Shown here: positions 24,056 through 33,351 of the stretch, piece by piece
Position numbering within the stretch: position 1 is the first letter of the stretch
How the letters are laid out: every line of letters begins with the position of its first letter
Origin: a virus
Lineage: Duplodnaviria; Caudoviricetes
IMG/VR virus record: IMGVR_UViG_3300046009_003881
Coordinates: 1-58,222 of that record
Direction: 5' to 3' (one strand)
DNA length: 58,222 nt
Program-made: the position numbers and the translations under genes
Notes under the pieces: generated by a model
What the model saw: only the letters and a program-made list of their open reading frames with translations
Databases searched by the model: none
Told to the model about the DNA's origin: nothing

Positions 24056-27000
24056 ATGGCGAATATTACTAGAAACTTTGTTGCCGGTAAAATGAACAAG
24101 GTTGTCGATGAGCGACTTGTTCCAAATGGCGAATACATTGATGCGTTGAATATCCGTATGGGTTCTACAGAGAACGCTGAGATCGGTGTCATAGAAAACG
24201 CAAAGGGTAATACGCAGTTGACCACGTTGGTGTATCCTCCAACCGGAGAGCCTCTAAGCAATATGGCTAAGGCTATCGGTACACTTCAGGACGGAGCTAA
24301 CGAAACAATCTATTGGCTTGTCAATGACCCAGCGTTCACATCTTCTCCTACGGGAAAGCTAGATATGATCGTCTCGTTCAACGAGCTTGCAGGGGTATTG
24401 ACTTATCACGTTGTCAGCACAGACGATGGCGGTGGTCAGAACACCACGCTGAACTTCAATCCGCAGTACCTATTCACGGGAATAAGTCTAGTAGACGATA
24501 TGTTGTTCTTTACGGATAAGTACGAGGATCCTAGAATGATTAACGTAAGGACATCATATCCATTGCCGGTATCATTCATTGATCAGATCACAAGGGAATC
24601 ACTTCTTGTTATAAAAAAGCCGCCATTGGAGTCTCCGTTCATTCAGCCATTTATTGTTGGTGGGCAGGAGAACTTCCTAGAGGAAAGATATATTTGCTTT
24701 GCTTACAGATATCGATACGCAGACAATCAGTACTCTGCAGTATCTCAGTTTTCAATCCCTGCGTTTGTTCCAAACTTCTTTGAGTTCAGTGAGAACAGCT
24801 TCTTGAACGAAGGTATGGTTAACTCTTGCAATTCAGTTAAGGTTACCTACAACTCTGGCGGTCCATTGGTTATTGGAGTGGACTTGCTATTCAAGGAAGC
24901 AAACAGCAACATCATCAAGGTGATAGAGAAGTTGAACAAACAGGATCTTGGGCTTCTTGATAATACGGATTATGTTTATCAGTTCACCAACAGCAAGATA
25001 TTCACCATTCTTCCGGAGTCTGAAATCCTCCGCTTGTACGACAACGTACCTAGAAAGGCTAAAGCCCAGACTATTATGGGCAATAGACTTATGTACTCGA
25101 ACTACATTGAAGGGTATAACCTTGTTGATATAAATGGCATAGCGCTTTCGTTAACATTTATAGCGGAGCTTATGACTGAGGAGGTTGGGTTAACCGAGGT
25201 TCCTGCGTCTACAGAGAGTGGGAACTACACGTTTGGCGCAATAACTTCTGTAGCAGGATCCGTTATGACTGTTGATCTCGCTGGCATTGATTTGCAAGAA
25301 GGGTCAGCACTAAGCATTGACTTTACGTTTAGACACAATTCATTTCAAGGGGACCTGCCGTTTCCATCGGAGGTTACCGATGATATAAGCATAACCTTTT
25401 TGTTTACACTTCCGGTTGCTTACAACTCGGTTTATGAGATGGCTTCTAGCGTTGAGTTTCAGAATGCAGTTGGAACACTGTTCAATATAGAGCCGGTGTA
25501 TTCGCCAATCATTGGTGATCCAACATCTTGTGATGGTGTTACATTCACTGACGTGCTGAACTGTGCTATACCTAACAACTTAGATACGCTTACAAAGTTC
25601 TCAAGTGGGATCTCTGCTGCTCAGGAGCCAATGGCTATCATTGCCACACCAGCTAGTACTCAGATAAAGATTCAGCTACCGGCTATGAGGTACGTAGACG
25701 ATACGACTACACCTACACAAAGCGTGTACGAGTACTACGAGGTGTCGGAGATAGAAGCGTTCCATCAGAACATAGCTAGTCCTAGAAGTCTTCATAGTAA
25801 TAGGGGCTATGAGATTGGTATAGTCTATATGGATGACTTCAAGAGATCATCAACCGCTCTTGTTAGTCCGAATAACACGGTGTTTGTTCCTTGTGGATAC
25901 TCATCTTCAAGAAACTATATCAATGTAACTATACCGGTTAGTCAGGTCGCTCCTTACTGGGCAACTAGGTACAAGTTTGTTATAAAGCCCGATCGTGAAA
26001 ATTATGAGACAATTTATAGCAGCATCTTTATAAAGGACCCATTGACAAATGATACGTACTTCCTTATTGACGGGGAGAACTCTAGAAAGGTTGAGGCTGG
26101 GGATCGATTGATAGTAAAAACTGATGCTGATGGACCAACTACTAATTGCAATTATGCTACAGTACTAGAAAAGAAAGCTCAAGTACAAGATTTTCTTGGT
26201 TCTGGCATTCCCTCACCGCAGGGTGTTTATATGAAGATAAATGCCAACAACTTCTCAACTGTTCAGGATGACTTAGCTATAATAGATCAAGGACCTAGGT
26301 CAGCTACTGCAGCAGATGAGAGTTTCCCGATAGCTAAATATCCTATGAACATACCAGATACATCTATCCCTGGAACGTGGATTGACTATGACGTTCCGGC
26401 TGGTAGTCGTATAGTTATGGAGATGGAGTGGTCAAGAAAGGGTCCTGGAGATGGAGATAGAAATTGCGAAAAAAGAAAGTATGTACTGAATAAAAACTTC
26501 GTGTCATCTGCCGATTATGCTAATATGAATGACTGGTGGGATCAATCAATTACTAATGCTATATTAAATGATGGCGCTCCAGACATAGGTGGTGGTGGTT
26601 GCCCTGTAACTAACACGTACATACCAACTCTTGCTTCGTCTCTATTTGACATACCGACTGATTTATGCACTAATTACTTTAGATTTTATAGGGACGGACC
26701 CACAAACGCACTGTTCTTGTTGGTTACAGGAACAAGAGCGTGCGGAAATAACGATAGAAGAGTATCTAAAGTAAAGGTTAGGTTTACTGTATATAGAGCA
26801 GACAAAACTTTGATATTTGAAACGGAACCACAGGATGCGTTGCCGGATATTTTCTACGAGTCTGACCAATCGTTTAGCATAGATGCTATTGGACAGCATA
26901 GTGGAAACCTTCAGAGTCAAGACTTCCTTACTAGCCAGCCTGCCATAGTAGAGACTAGTTTCTACAACTGCTATACGTTTGGGAACGGAGCTGAGAGCTA

Positions 27001-28654
27001 TAAGATCAGGGACTCCATTATTGGAAATACATTCGCCCTTGGCAACAGAGTAACGTCTGTTTCTGCTGAGGATTACAAAGAGGCTGATAGGTATGCGGAC
27101 ATAACCTACAGCGGAGTATACAACGATGAGACCAATGTAAACAAACTGAATGAGTTCAATCTTGGTCTAATCAATTACAAGCCACTTGAGGATTCATTCG
27201 GTCAAGTTATGTTGATTGACGGAAGAGAGACTGACGTTCTTGTTTTGCAAGAGGATAAGATATCTTATGTGCTTGCAGGAAAGAACTTGCTATCTGATGC
27301 TGCGGCAGGCGGTGCTATAACCTCCGTGCCTGAAGTACTCGGAACACAAATAGCTAGGGTAGAGAACTATGGCATAAGCCTTAACCCTGAGAGCTACGTT
27401 CAATGGGGATACGATAGATTCTTTACCGATGCAAAGAGGGGCGCTGTGATACAGCTTGTTGGAAACTCTTACAGTTCCGATCAAATCAAAGTCATCTCCG
27501 ATCAGGGAATGAGAACTTGGTTTAGGGATCTGTTCAACGATTCGCTTCAAACGCAGAAGCTTGGTGGGTTTGATCCGTATATGAATGAGTACGTTTTATC
27601 TTCGAATGATATCTTGATTCCAACTCAAGCGGAGTGCATCGACTGCGGAACCGTTCAGACATTTACCCTTGGTGATGGCTCGTTTGTTTCATTCTGCTCT
27701 AACCTAGGGCAGCTAGTTGGAACTTACGAGGTAACGTATAACGTAATTAGTTTAGAGGTTGACGCTACGTTTGTAGTGGAGTCAACGTACAATGGAACGA
27801 CAGAATCATCTGGTGTTGTCAACTCATCCGGATCAATAGTGATAGACAAGGATGATATACTCATTGGAACTTGCAACACTACAATAAATTCTACGGGCAA
27901 TATTATTCTTGAAGTAAAGGTTAGATGCGTGTCCGCTGCTCAAAAAACAATTGTCGAGGTATGTGTTACTAGCGATTCAGATAGTGGGTCTACAATTCAC
28001 AATGAATATAGGTACACTTATGGTGGTTACACATCTCCATATCAATCAAGTTTAGTTCTGTTTGCATCGGGATCAACAATCCCATTGGTATCTAGATACA
28101 ATCAAGCAACTGGATTTGTCGGAAGCACAAGTACTCCTCCTGATGGAGCAACGATGAGAATAGTCGTTAACAAGATTGGAACGGATACATTTAATTTTGA
28201 CCCGTCTCAAGATGTGCTGCGTTACCTAAATAGCAATACACTGTACGACAACCTAACGCCAGACATACTTGACCTGCTTCAGGACTCGCTTCTTGCTGCG
28301 CCAATAATAGCTGTCGGGGCAAATTTCTTCTATGCGGATGTTCCTGTTTCATCAGAGTACTACCTGTACTTGATATGGGACTACAGACAATCAACTCCGA
28401 TAACTCTTTGCTATTCAAGCGAGGCTGCTGCGGACGCTTGCTGTGAATGTGTAGAGTGCGTGTCGGTATGTAGCCTATACTATATCGATGCCGTTACGGA
28501 AGAAGCAGAAGTATCGTACAGAGATTGCTCAGGATCATTCCAATCAATAACTGTTTTTGCAGGAAACTCTGTAAGCATATGCTCAGAAATTACTCCGACA
28601 TTAACAAGCGGAACAGCAGACATAACGCTCGCTGCTTGTGATTGTCCATCATAA
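24056..28654 (+). CDS. Tail stabilisation/nozzle protein, N-terminal part, with Cys-rich C-terminal extension (1532 aa)
   Basis: GKMNK..DERLVPNGEYIDALN start; YGISLNPES...FFTDAKRGAV; P22 gp10-like/crAss muzzle-like by inference. Confidence 0.75.
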   Translation: MANITRNFVAGKMNKVVDERLVPNGEYIDALNIRMGSTENAEIGVIENAKGNTQLTTLVYPPTGEPLSNMAKAIGTLQDGANETIYWLVNDPAFTSSPTGKLDMIVSFNELAGVLTYHVVSTDDGGGQNTTLNFNPQYLFTGISLVDDMLFFTDKYEDPRMINVRTSYPLPVSFIDQITRESLLVIKKPPLESPFIQPFIVGGQENFLEERYICFAYRYRYADNQYSAVSQFSIPAFVPNFFEFSENSFLNEGMVNSCNSVKVTYNSGGPLVIGVDLLFKEANSNIIKVIEKLNKQDLGLLDNTDYVYQFTNSKIFTILPESEILRLYDNVPRKAKAQTIMGNRLMYSNYIEGYNLVDINGIALSLTFIAELMTEEVGLTEVPASTESGNYTFGAITSVAGSVMTVDLAGIDLQEGSALSIDFTFRHNSFQGDLPFPSEVTDDISITFLFTLPVAYNSVYEMASSVEFQNAVGTLFNIEPVYSPIIGDPTSCDGVTFTDVLNCAIPNNLDTLTKFSSGISAAQEPMAIIATPASTQIKIQLPAMRYVDDTTTPTQSVYEYYEVSEIEAFHQNIASPRSLHSNRGYEIGIVYMDDFKRSSTALVSPNNTVFVPCGYSSSRNYINVTIPVSQVAPYWATRYKFVIKPDRENYETIYSSIFIKDPLTNDTYFLIDGENSRKVEAGDRLIVKTDADGPTTNCNYATVLEKKAQVQDFLGSGIPSPQGVYMKINANNFSTVQDDLAIIDQGPRSATAADESFPIAKYPMNIPDTSIPGTWIDYDVPAGSRIVMEMEWSRKGPGDGDRNCEKRKYVLNKNFVSSADYANMNDWWDQSITNAILNDGAPDIGGGGCPVTNTYIPTLASSLFDIPTDLCTNYFRFYRDGPTNALFLLVTGTRACGNNDRRVSKVKVRFTVYRADKTLIFETEPQDALPDIFYESDQSFSIDAIGQHSGNLQSQDFLTSQPAIVETSFYNCYTFGNGAESYKIRDSIIGNTFALGNRVTSVSAEDYKEADRYADITYSGVYNDETNVNKLNEFNLGLINYKPLEDSFGQVMLIDGRETDVLVLQEDKISYVLAGKNLLSDAAAGGAITSVPEVLGTQIARVENYGISLNPESYVQWGYDRFFTDAKRGAVIQLVGNSYSSDQIKVISDQGMRTWFRDLFNDSLQTQKLGGFDPYMNEYVLSSNDILIPTQAECIDCGTVQTFTLGDGSFVSFCSNLGQLVGTYEVTYNVISLEVDATFVVESTYNGTTESSGVVNSSGSIVIDKDDILIGTCNTTINSTGNIILEVKVRCVSAAQKTIVEVCVTSDSDSGSTIHNEYRYTYGGYTSPYQSSLVLFASGSTIPLVSRYNQATGFVGSTSTPPDGATMRIVVNKIGTDTFNFDPSQDVLRYLNSNTLYDNLTPDILDLLQDSLLAAPIIAVGANFFYADVPVSSEYYLYLIWDYRQSTPITLCYSSEAAADACCECVECVSVCSLYYIDAVTEEAEVSYRDCSGSFQSITVFAGNSVSICSEITPTLTSGTADITLAACDCPS

Positions 28655-28664
28655 ATAAAATACT

Positions 28665-29564
28665 ATGTCAACATCAATAACATACTACATAGATGCGCCA
28701 AGCTTGCTTGCTGCGACATCTATTTACTCTACTCCAAGCTTAACCTTCTTGGCTCCTGATGGATTCTATTCAGATGGTATAATATCTAGAGAGCAAGTGG
28801 GTGGCGTATTGCTTCCACCGCAGACTTGTCCTGCGTGTGGCGTACCTTGTAGTGAGACAAAATCAAATATGCCGGTGTCGGGCAAGGGTGTATTTACCAT
28901 TAGCGTAGAGGTAGACGCAGGAACCGGTGTCATTCCTATTTTACTTACGGGTATGACAAAGGGTGTTGGTATTATAGCCTCAATGGGAGCTGTTGTAAAG
29001 AACAGTGTGTATAGTACTATTTACGGATACATATCTTCACCGCCAGGTAGCCCAACGTACGTTGGAATAGACGGACCCTGTCCGGTAGCAGGGACCTACC
29101 CACTCACTGTCTATAGGTATAACGACATTACTAGTGCTTGGGAAGACTCTGGTAGTTCTAGTGTAGCAAGCCCTACTGCTGCTAACATACAAACAACTCC
29201 GTTAGATCCTGGGCAATGCTGGATACCATTTCCTAAACCGTCTGCTACAACTGATATTGTTATCATATCCTTTTATGCAATATGCAAGGACACTGAGTTC
29301 GAGATTGCTATAGGTTGTCCTGAGTCTCTTATACCAGTTGTAAGTACTGTCGTTGCTGAAAGTTCGGCAGAAGCTTGTGAGTTAGCATTCACAGAAGACT
29401 ACTATATGTTTGGTATAGTAGGTGGTGTATCTATACAGGTAAATGATGTAATCTTTACTGACCAAAATGGGCAGTTCCCATTAGCCGCTGGGTATTATGG
29501 TATAGGTGGTGAATATATGCAAATAGACGCAAACGGTGTTGTAATCGAAGTATCAAGTTGTTAA
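28665..29564 (+). CDS. Tail accessory protein (299 aa, Cys-containing)
   Basis: APDGFYSDG, LAAGYY motifs; beta-rich. Confidence 0.65.
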   Translation: MSTSITYYIDAPSLLAATSIYSTPSLTFLAPDGFYSDGIISREQVGGVLLPPQTCPACGVPCSETKSNMPVSGKGVFTISVEVDAGTGVIPILLTGMTKGVGIIASMGAVVKNSVYSTIYGYISSPPGSPTYVGIDGPCPVAGTYPLTVYRYNDITSAWEDSGSSSVASPTAANIQTTPLDPGQCWIPFPKPSATTDIVIISFYAICKDTEFEIAIGCPESLIPVVSTVVAESSAEACELAFTEDYYMFGIVGGVSIQVNDVIFTDQNGQFPLAAGYYGIGGEYMQIDANGVVIEVSSC

Positions 29565-29565
29565 T

Positions 29566-30366
29566 ATGGAATATACTCTAACCTATAGCGAACCCGTTTC
29601 AGGATGGGTTTCATTCTACTCATTCATTCCCGACTTTATGATTGGAATGAACAACCACTTCTATTCATTCAAGAGCGGCAATCTTTATAAGCACAGCGTG
29701 AATGCAACTAGAAACAATTTCTATGGAGAGCAGTACAACTCTATACTGAAGAGTGTATTCAATAACGCTCCACTAGAGAACAAGTTGTTCAAGACAATTA
29801 ACCTAGAGGGTGATGCCGCTTGGAGCGCACTGATGGAGACTGATATTCAGAACACTGGTTTTGTTGAACTAGCTTGGTTCGAGAAGAAAGAGAACTCGTT
29901 CTATGCGTTTGTCAGAAACTCAGGCGATGTGCCTGCCCTTGCCAATCAGTATCCACTTAGATCACTGAATGGAATTGGAAGAAGCACCGCTGTGTCCGGA
30001 CCAAACACGGCTCAGGTAATAGACTTCTCAATTGCGCCACTCGTATCAATTGGCAGCATAGTAAGCGTTGGTGACTACCTTTACTTTGCAACACCACCGT
30101 ACAACAACCCTATTCTTGCAGGGCAGATCACTGCTATAAATGTTGACTATCCATCATCGACAAACAATATAGTTGTTGATGCTACAATCCCTGGAGCTAC
30201 GTACCCAGTTCCTATACAGGACGCATACTTCTTATTCATAAAGAACTCAGTGGCAGAATCACACGGTGTACTTGGACACTACTGTGTGTTCACGTTAGAG
30301 AACGACTCTACCTCAAAAGTTGAATTGTTCTCAGCGGAGTCTGAGGTGATGAAGAGTTATCCGTAG
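29566..30366 (+). CDS. Tail stabilisation/nozzle protein, C-terminal part (266 aa)
   Basis: TLTYSE...GWVSFYSFIP, KLFKTINLEG, ELFSA motifs. Confidence 0.65.
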   Translation: MEYTLTYSEPVSGWVSFYSFIPDFMIGMNNHFYSFKSGNLYKHSVNATRNNFYGEQYNSILKSVFNNAPLENKLFKTINLEGDAAWSALMETDIQNTGFVELAWFEKKENSFYAFVRNSGDVPALANQYPLRSLNGIGRSTAVSGPNTAQVIDFSIAPLVSIGSIVSVGDYLYFATPPYNNPILAGQITAINVDYPSSTNNIVVDATIPGATYPVPIQDAYFLFIKNSVAESHGVLGHYCVFTLENDSTSKVELFSAESEVMKSYP

Positions 30367-30374
30367 AAAATTGA

Positions 30375-30382
30375 TATCTTTG
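30375..30382 (+). promoter_or_regulatory. Promoter -7 box TATCTTTG
   Basis: TAnnTTTG only 7 nt before ATG 30390, so a near-leaderless transcript is possible. Confidence 0.45.
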
Positions 30383-30389
30383 TGGTTAA

Positions 30390-30800
30390 ATGGAAATCAC
30401 CGTAAGACCACTTCTTCCTAGCGACTACAATGACATCCTTGTTGGATGGTGGAATGAGTGGGGTTGGACTCCACCCGTTGCTGACTTTCTCCCCGATGGA
30501 GGGAAGGGCGGTGTAATGGTTATGTGCGGTGACACTCCAGTGTGCGCAGGATTCTTGTACCTCACCAACTCAAAGGTAGCTTGGCTAGAGTTCACTATTT
30601 CTAACAAGTCAATTACTGATAGAGATGTCAGAAGAGTTTGTTTGGAAACCCTAGTAAGCACACTGACTGATGTGGCAGGAAACGTAGGGTACAAGTTTGT
30701 TTATTCATTAGTAAAGAACCAAAGTCTCAGAGGTATCCTTAGCGATGCCGGTTACATTGAGGGTGACTCAAATGCAACGGAGATGATTAAAAGCATATAG
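30390..30800 (+). CDS. GNAT-fold acetyltransferase-like protein (136 aa)
   Basis: ITVRPL, VCAGFLY, AWLEFTISN, final GY motif. Confidence 0.65.
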   Translation: MEITVRPLLPSDYNDILVGWWNEWGWTPPVADFLPDGGKGGVMVMCGDTPVCAGFLYLTNSKVAWLEFTISNKSITDRDVRRVCLETLVSTLTDVAGNVGYKFVYSLVKNQSLRGILSDAGYIEGDSNATEMIKSI

Positions 30801-30801
30801 T

Positions 30802-31584
30802 ATGGCAGGATTTACAGCAGTAGCAGCGGCAGCTTCATTAACCGCAACAGCCGCAGGAAGCGGAGCGTCATTCGCCCAAGCTAGAAAGCAAAGAAAGCTT
30901 CAAGATCAAGCAATGGAAGACGCGACTAAGGCAATGAATGAGGCTCGTAAAAAGTTAGACGTTAACTTCTACGAGCAGCTTGCTATTAAGAAGCTACCGT
31001 ACGAGCTAGAGAGAGAGGCTACACTTTCATCTGTTGCTCAGTTGACTGAGGCTGCTAGAGAAGCTGGTCCTCGTGCAGTTGGTTCTAATGCAGGAAGAAT
31101 ACTTGCGGTTAGCAATGAGGCTCAGGGTGGTATCAGGTCACAGATGGCTACTGATATGGCTAACCTAGAGAAGATAACTGCGGCAGAGGATAGTAGACTA
31201 GCAGGTGTTCAAGCTGATCTTGATTTAGATGAAGCTACCGGAGCGCAATTAGCAGCAAGGGATGCAGGAGAAGCTTCGAATCTAGCAGCAATGCAGGGTA
31301 TTTCAGGAGTGACATCCGCAATTGAGCAGGGAGTTAGTATGATTCCTCTATTTGGAAAGGGTCCATCAAAGAGGTACGCTGAACTTGTTACAAAGGCAGG
31401 CAGTACGGAGGCACTTAAAAGCAAATTGATAGCTGATAATGCTAATTACTCTATTGGTGGTACGCCAATAGATAAGAAAACTATAGAGGGTATGGATGCT
31501 ATGAAGCTAGAAAACTTCTTCATTAACTATGATGCTAATGAATTGAAAAAGCTATACAACGAACTATATCCTAGTGCTAAATAA
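30802..31584 (+). CDS. Internal virion/ejection protein 1 (260 aa)
   Basis: Ala/Gly-rich N-terminus, helical; first of three size-increasing genes. Confidence 0.6.
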   Translation: MAGFTAVAAAASLTATAAGSGASFAQARKQRKLQDQAMEDATKAMNEARKKLDVNFYEQLAIKKLPYELEREATLSSVAQLTEAAREAGPRAVGSNAGRILAVSNEAQGGIRSQMATDMANLEKITAAEDSRLAGVQADLDLDEATGAQLAARDAGEASNLAAMQGISGVTSAIEQGVSMIPLFGKGPSKRYAELVTKAGSTEALKSKLIADNANYSIGGTPIDKKTIEGMDAMKLENFFINYDANELKKLYNELYPSAK

Positions 31585-31596
31585 GACGAATTAGTT

Positions 31597-33324
31597 ATGG
31601 CTACTACATACTATAAATACGCAGAGAGAGACGCAGCCAATCAGATAAACTGGTCCACTGTTGCTGCCTCAGTTACTCAGACTCTTGATGAAGAGGCTAA
31701 GTTACGTGAAGAGAAGAAGGCTGACATCGAGAAGGCTTCTAGAGAAATCGCCACCAAGCTAGAGAGTCAGCAACTCAGTGAGAGTGATAAGCTTAATAGC
31801 TGGTGGTTAAGCTTTACCGGTGACGCTCAACAGTCTATGCTTATGGCTGACAACCTGTTGAAGTCAGGTAAAATAAAGCCTAACGACTACGTAAAGCTTC
31901 GTCAGAACATAACTGATGGAACCGATCAGACCGTTTCTTTATTCGAGGAGTACAGCAAGGAGTACGAGGAGAAGATGAAGAGATTCAATAACGGAGATTC
32001 TGAAGCGTATGAAGCGTGGGAGATGGAGAACATCGAAGGGTTCTCAAACTTCACGGGTACAAAACTGTACATAAATCCTATGGACTTTACGGTTAGCGTA
32101 GCAAAAACCAAGGAAGAGAACGGGGTTAAAACCATAGACACAGAGGCAGGGTTCGAATCAATGGGTACGCTTAGAAATCGATTGAAAACGAAGTACGATA
32201 AGTACGATGTTATCGCTGGATTACAAGTAGGTGTTGATGCTATGGGTGAAAACATTGAGGCTATTCGTGAGATTGGTAGTAGGTACAAGCTTGGAAGCGT
32301 AACTCAAATAACAGACCAGACTAGGAGAAAGTCTATGACTAAGTCTGACGAATACGCTATTGATCTATACGAGAAAAGTGAAGAAACTTTTATAAACTCT
32401 ATACTTAATTCAGAAGTATCTGCAAGATCTATCCTTACCGACTACGTTGGTGTGAATCCAGAGACAGGTAAGCCGTATGATTTTACAACGAACGCGACAG
32501 TCGCTCAAAACGACCCGAATTTCATCCTTATGACTGTTAATGATTCTGGAAAAAGAGTACCTAACTTCTCTACAACAAATGGTCAGAAGCAATTAGAAGT
32601 GGCGAGGAAAGCGCTTAAGGTTCAGTTCAGAATGATGCTCGATAGAAAGGAGGAGATACAAACCGTTGCTGAACCATCTCCAACACCAAGGACATTGACT
32701 GCGGCTGAGATTGAGTACGCAATGTACAAGGATAATCCTGATACGTATACAGCGTTTATGAAAGCTAAGAAGGCATTAGATGGAGGTGGAACAGAAGAAA
32801 CAGCGCCAGTGAAACTTCAGTACACAGAAGCTACCGTTGGTCTTACAGAGGACAGGCTTCAGGATAAGGTTAATAAATTTATCGGTAAAGGAGCTACTGA
32901 TGAAGAGGAAGCGGCTAATTTTGATTTAGCTGTTAAGACAATGGTTGAGAATTTACCACCCGAACTTCAGTCTTTAGTAACATCTACTGTACAAGACTCA
33001 TTTGCTGATGCTAATGCTGAGGGAGGCAGAAAGGAATCACCAGACGCTTATGTTACGATAACGTCTGATATACTACCAGGTGGATTTGTAAATGTCCCTG
33101 CTGCAACTAATGCTGCAGGAATATCTAGTACTGAGGGTCAAAACGCTCAAAAGGCAATCATTCAAAAAATATATGATGCAATTCAAACTGGAAAACCATT
33201 AACAGGTCAAGAGGTAAAGGATATATTTTCGCCTGAATTATGGAGAGATTATAACGCAATTGAAGGTGGTCCAAATATATGGACACCAGCTGTAGGAATA
33301 GGAGCAGGATTAGATTGGGATTAA
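31597..33324 (+). CDS. Internal virion/ejection protein 2 (575 aa)
   Basis: Position and helical composition. Confidence 0.6.
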   Translation: MATTYYKYAERDAANQINWSTVAASVTQTLDEEAKLREEKKADIEKASREIATKLESQQLSESDKLNSWWLSFTGDAQQSMLMADNLLKSGKIKPNDYVKLRQNITDGTDQTVSLFEEYSKEYEEKMKRFNNGDSEAYEAWEMENIEGFSNFTGTKLYINPMDFTVSVAKTKEENGVKTIDTEAGFESMGTLRNRLKTKYDKYDVIAGLQVGVDAMGENIEAIREIGSRYKLGSVTQITDQTRRKSMTKSDEYAIDLYEKSEETFINSILNSEVSARSILTDYVGVNPETGKPYDFTTNATVAQNDPNFILMTVNDSGKRVPNFSTTNGQKQLEVARKALKVQFRMMLDRKEEIQTVAEPSPTPRTLTAAEIEYAMYKDNPDTYTAFMKAKKALDGGGTEETAPVKLQYTEATVGLTEDRLQDKVNKFIGKGATDEEEAANFDLAVKTMVENLPPELQSLVTSTVQDSFADANAEGGRKESPDAYVTITSDILPGGFVNVPAATNAAGISSTEGQNAQKAIIQKIYDAIQTGKPLTGQEVKDIFSPELWRDYNAIEGGPNIWTPAVGIGAGLDWD

Positions 33325-33351
33325 GAATAAAGATATACACAACATATAGTT

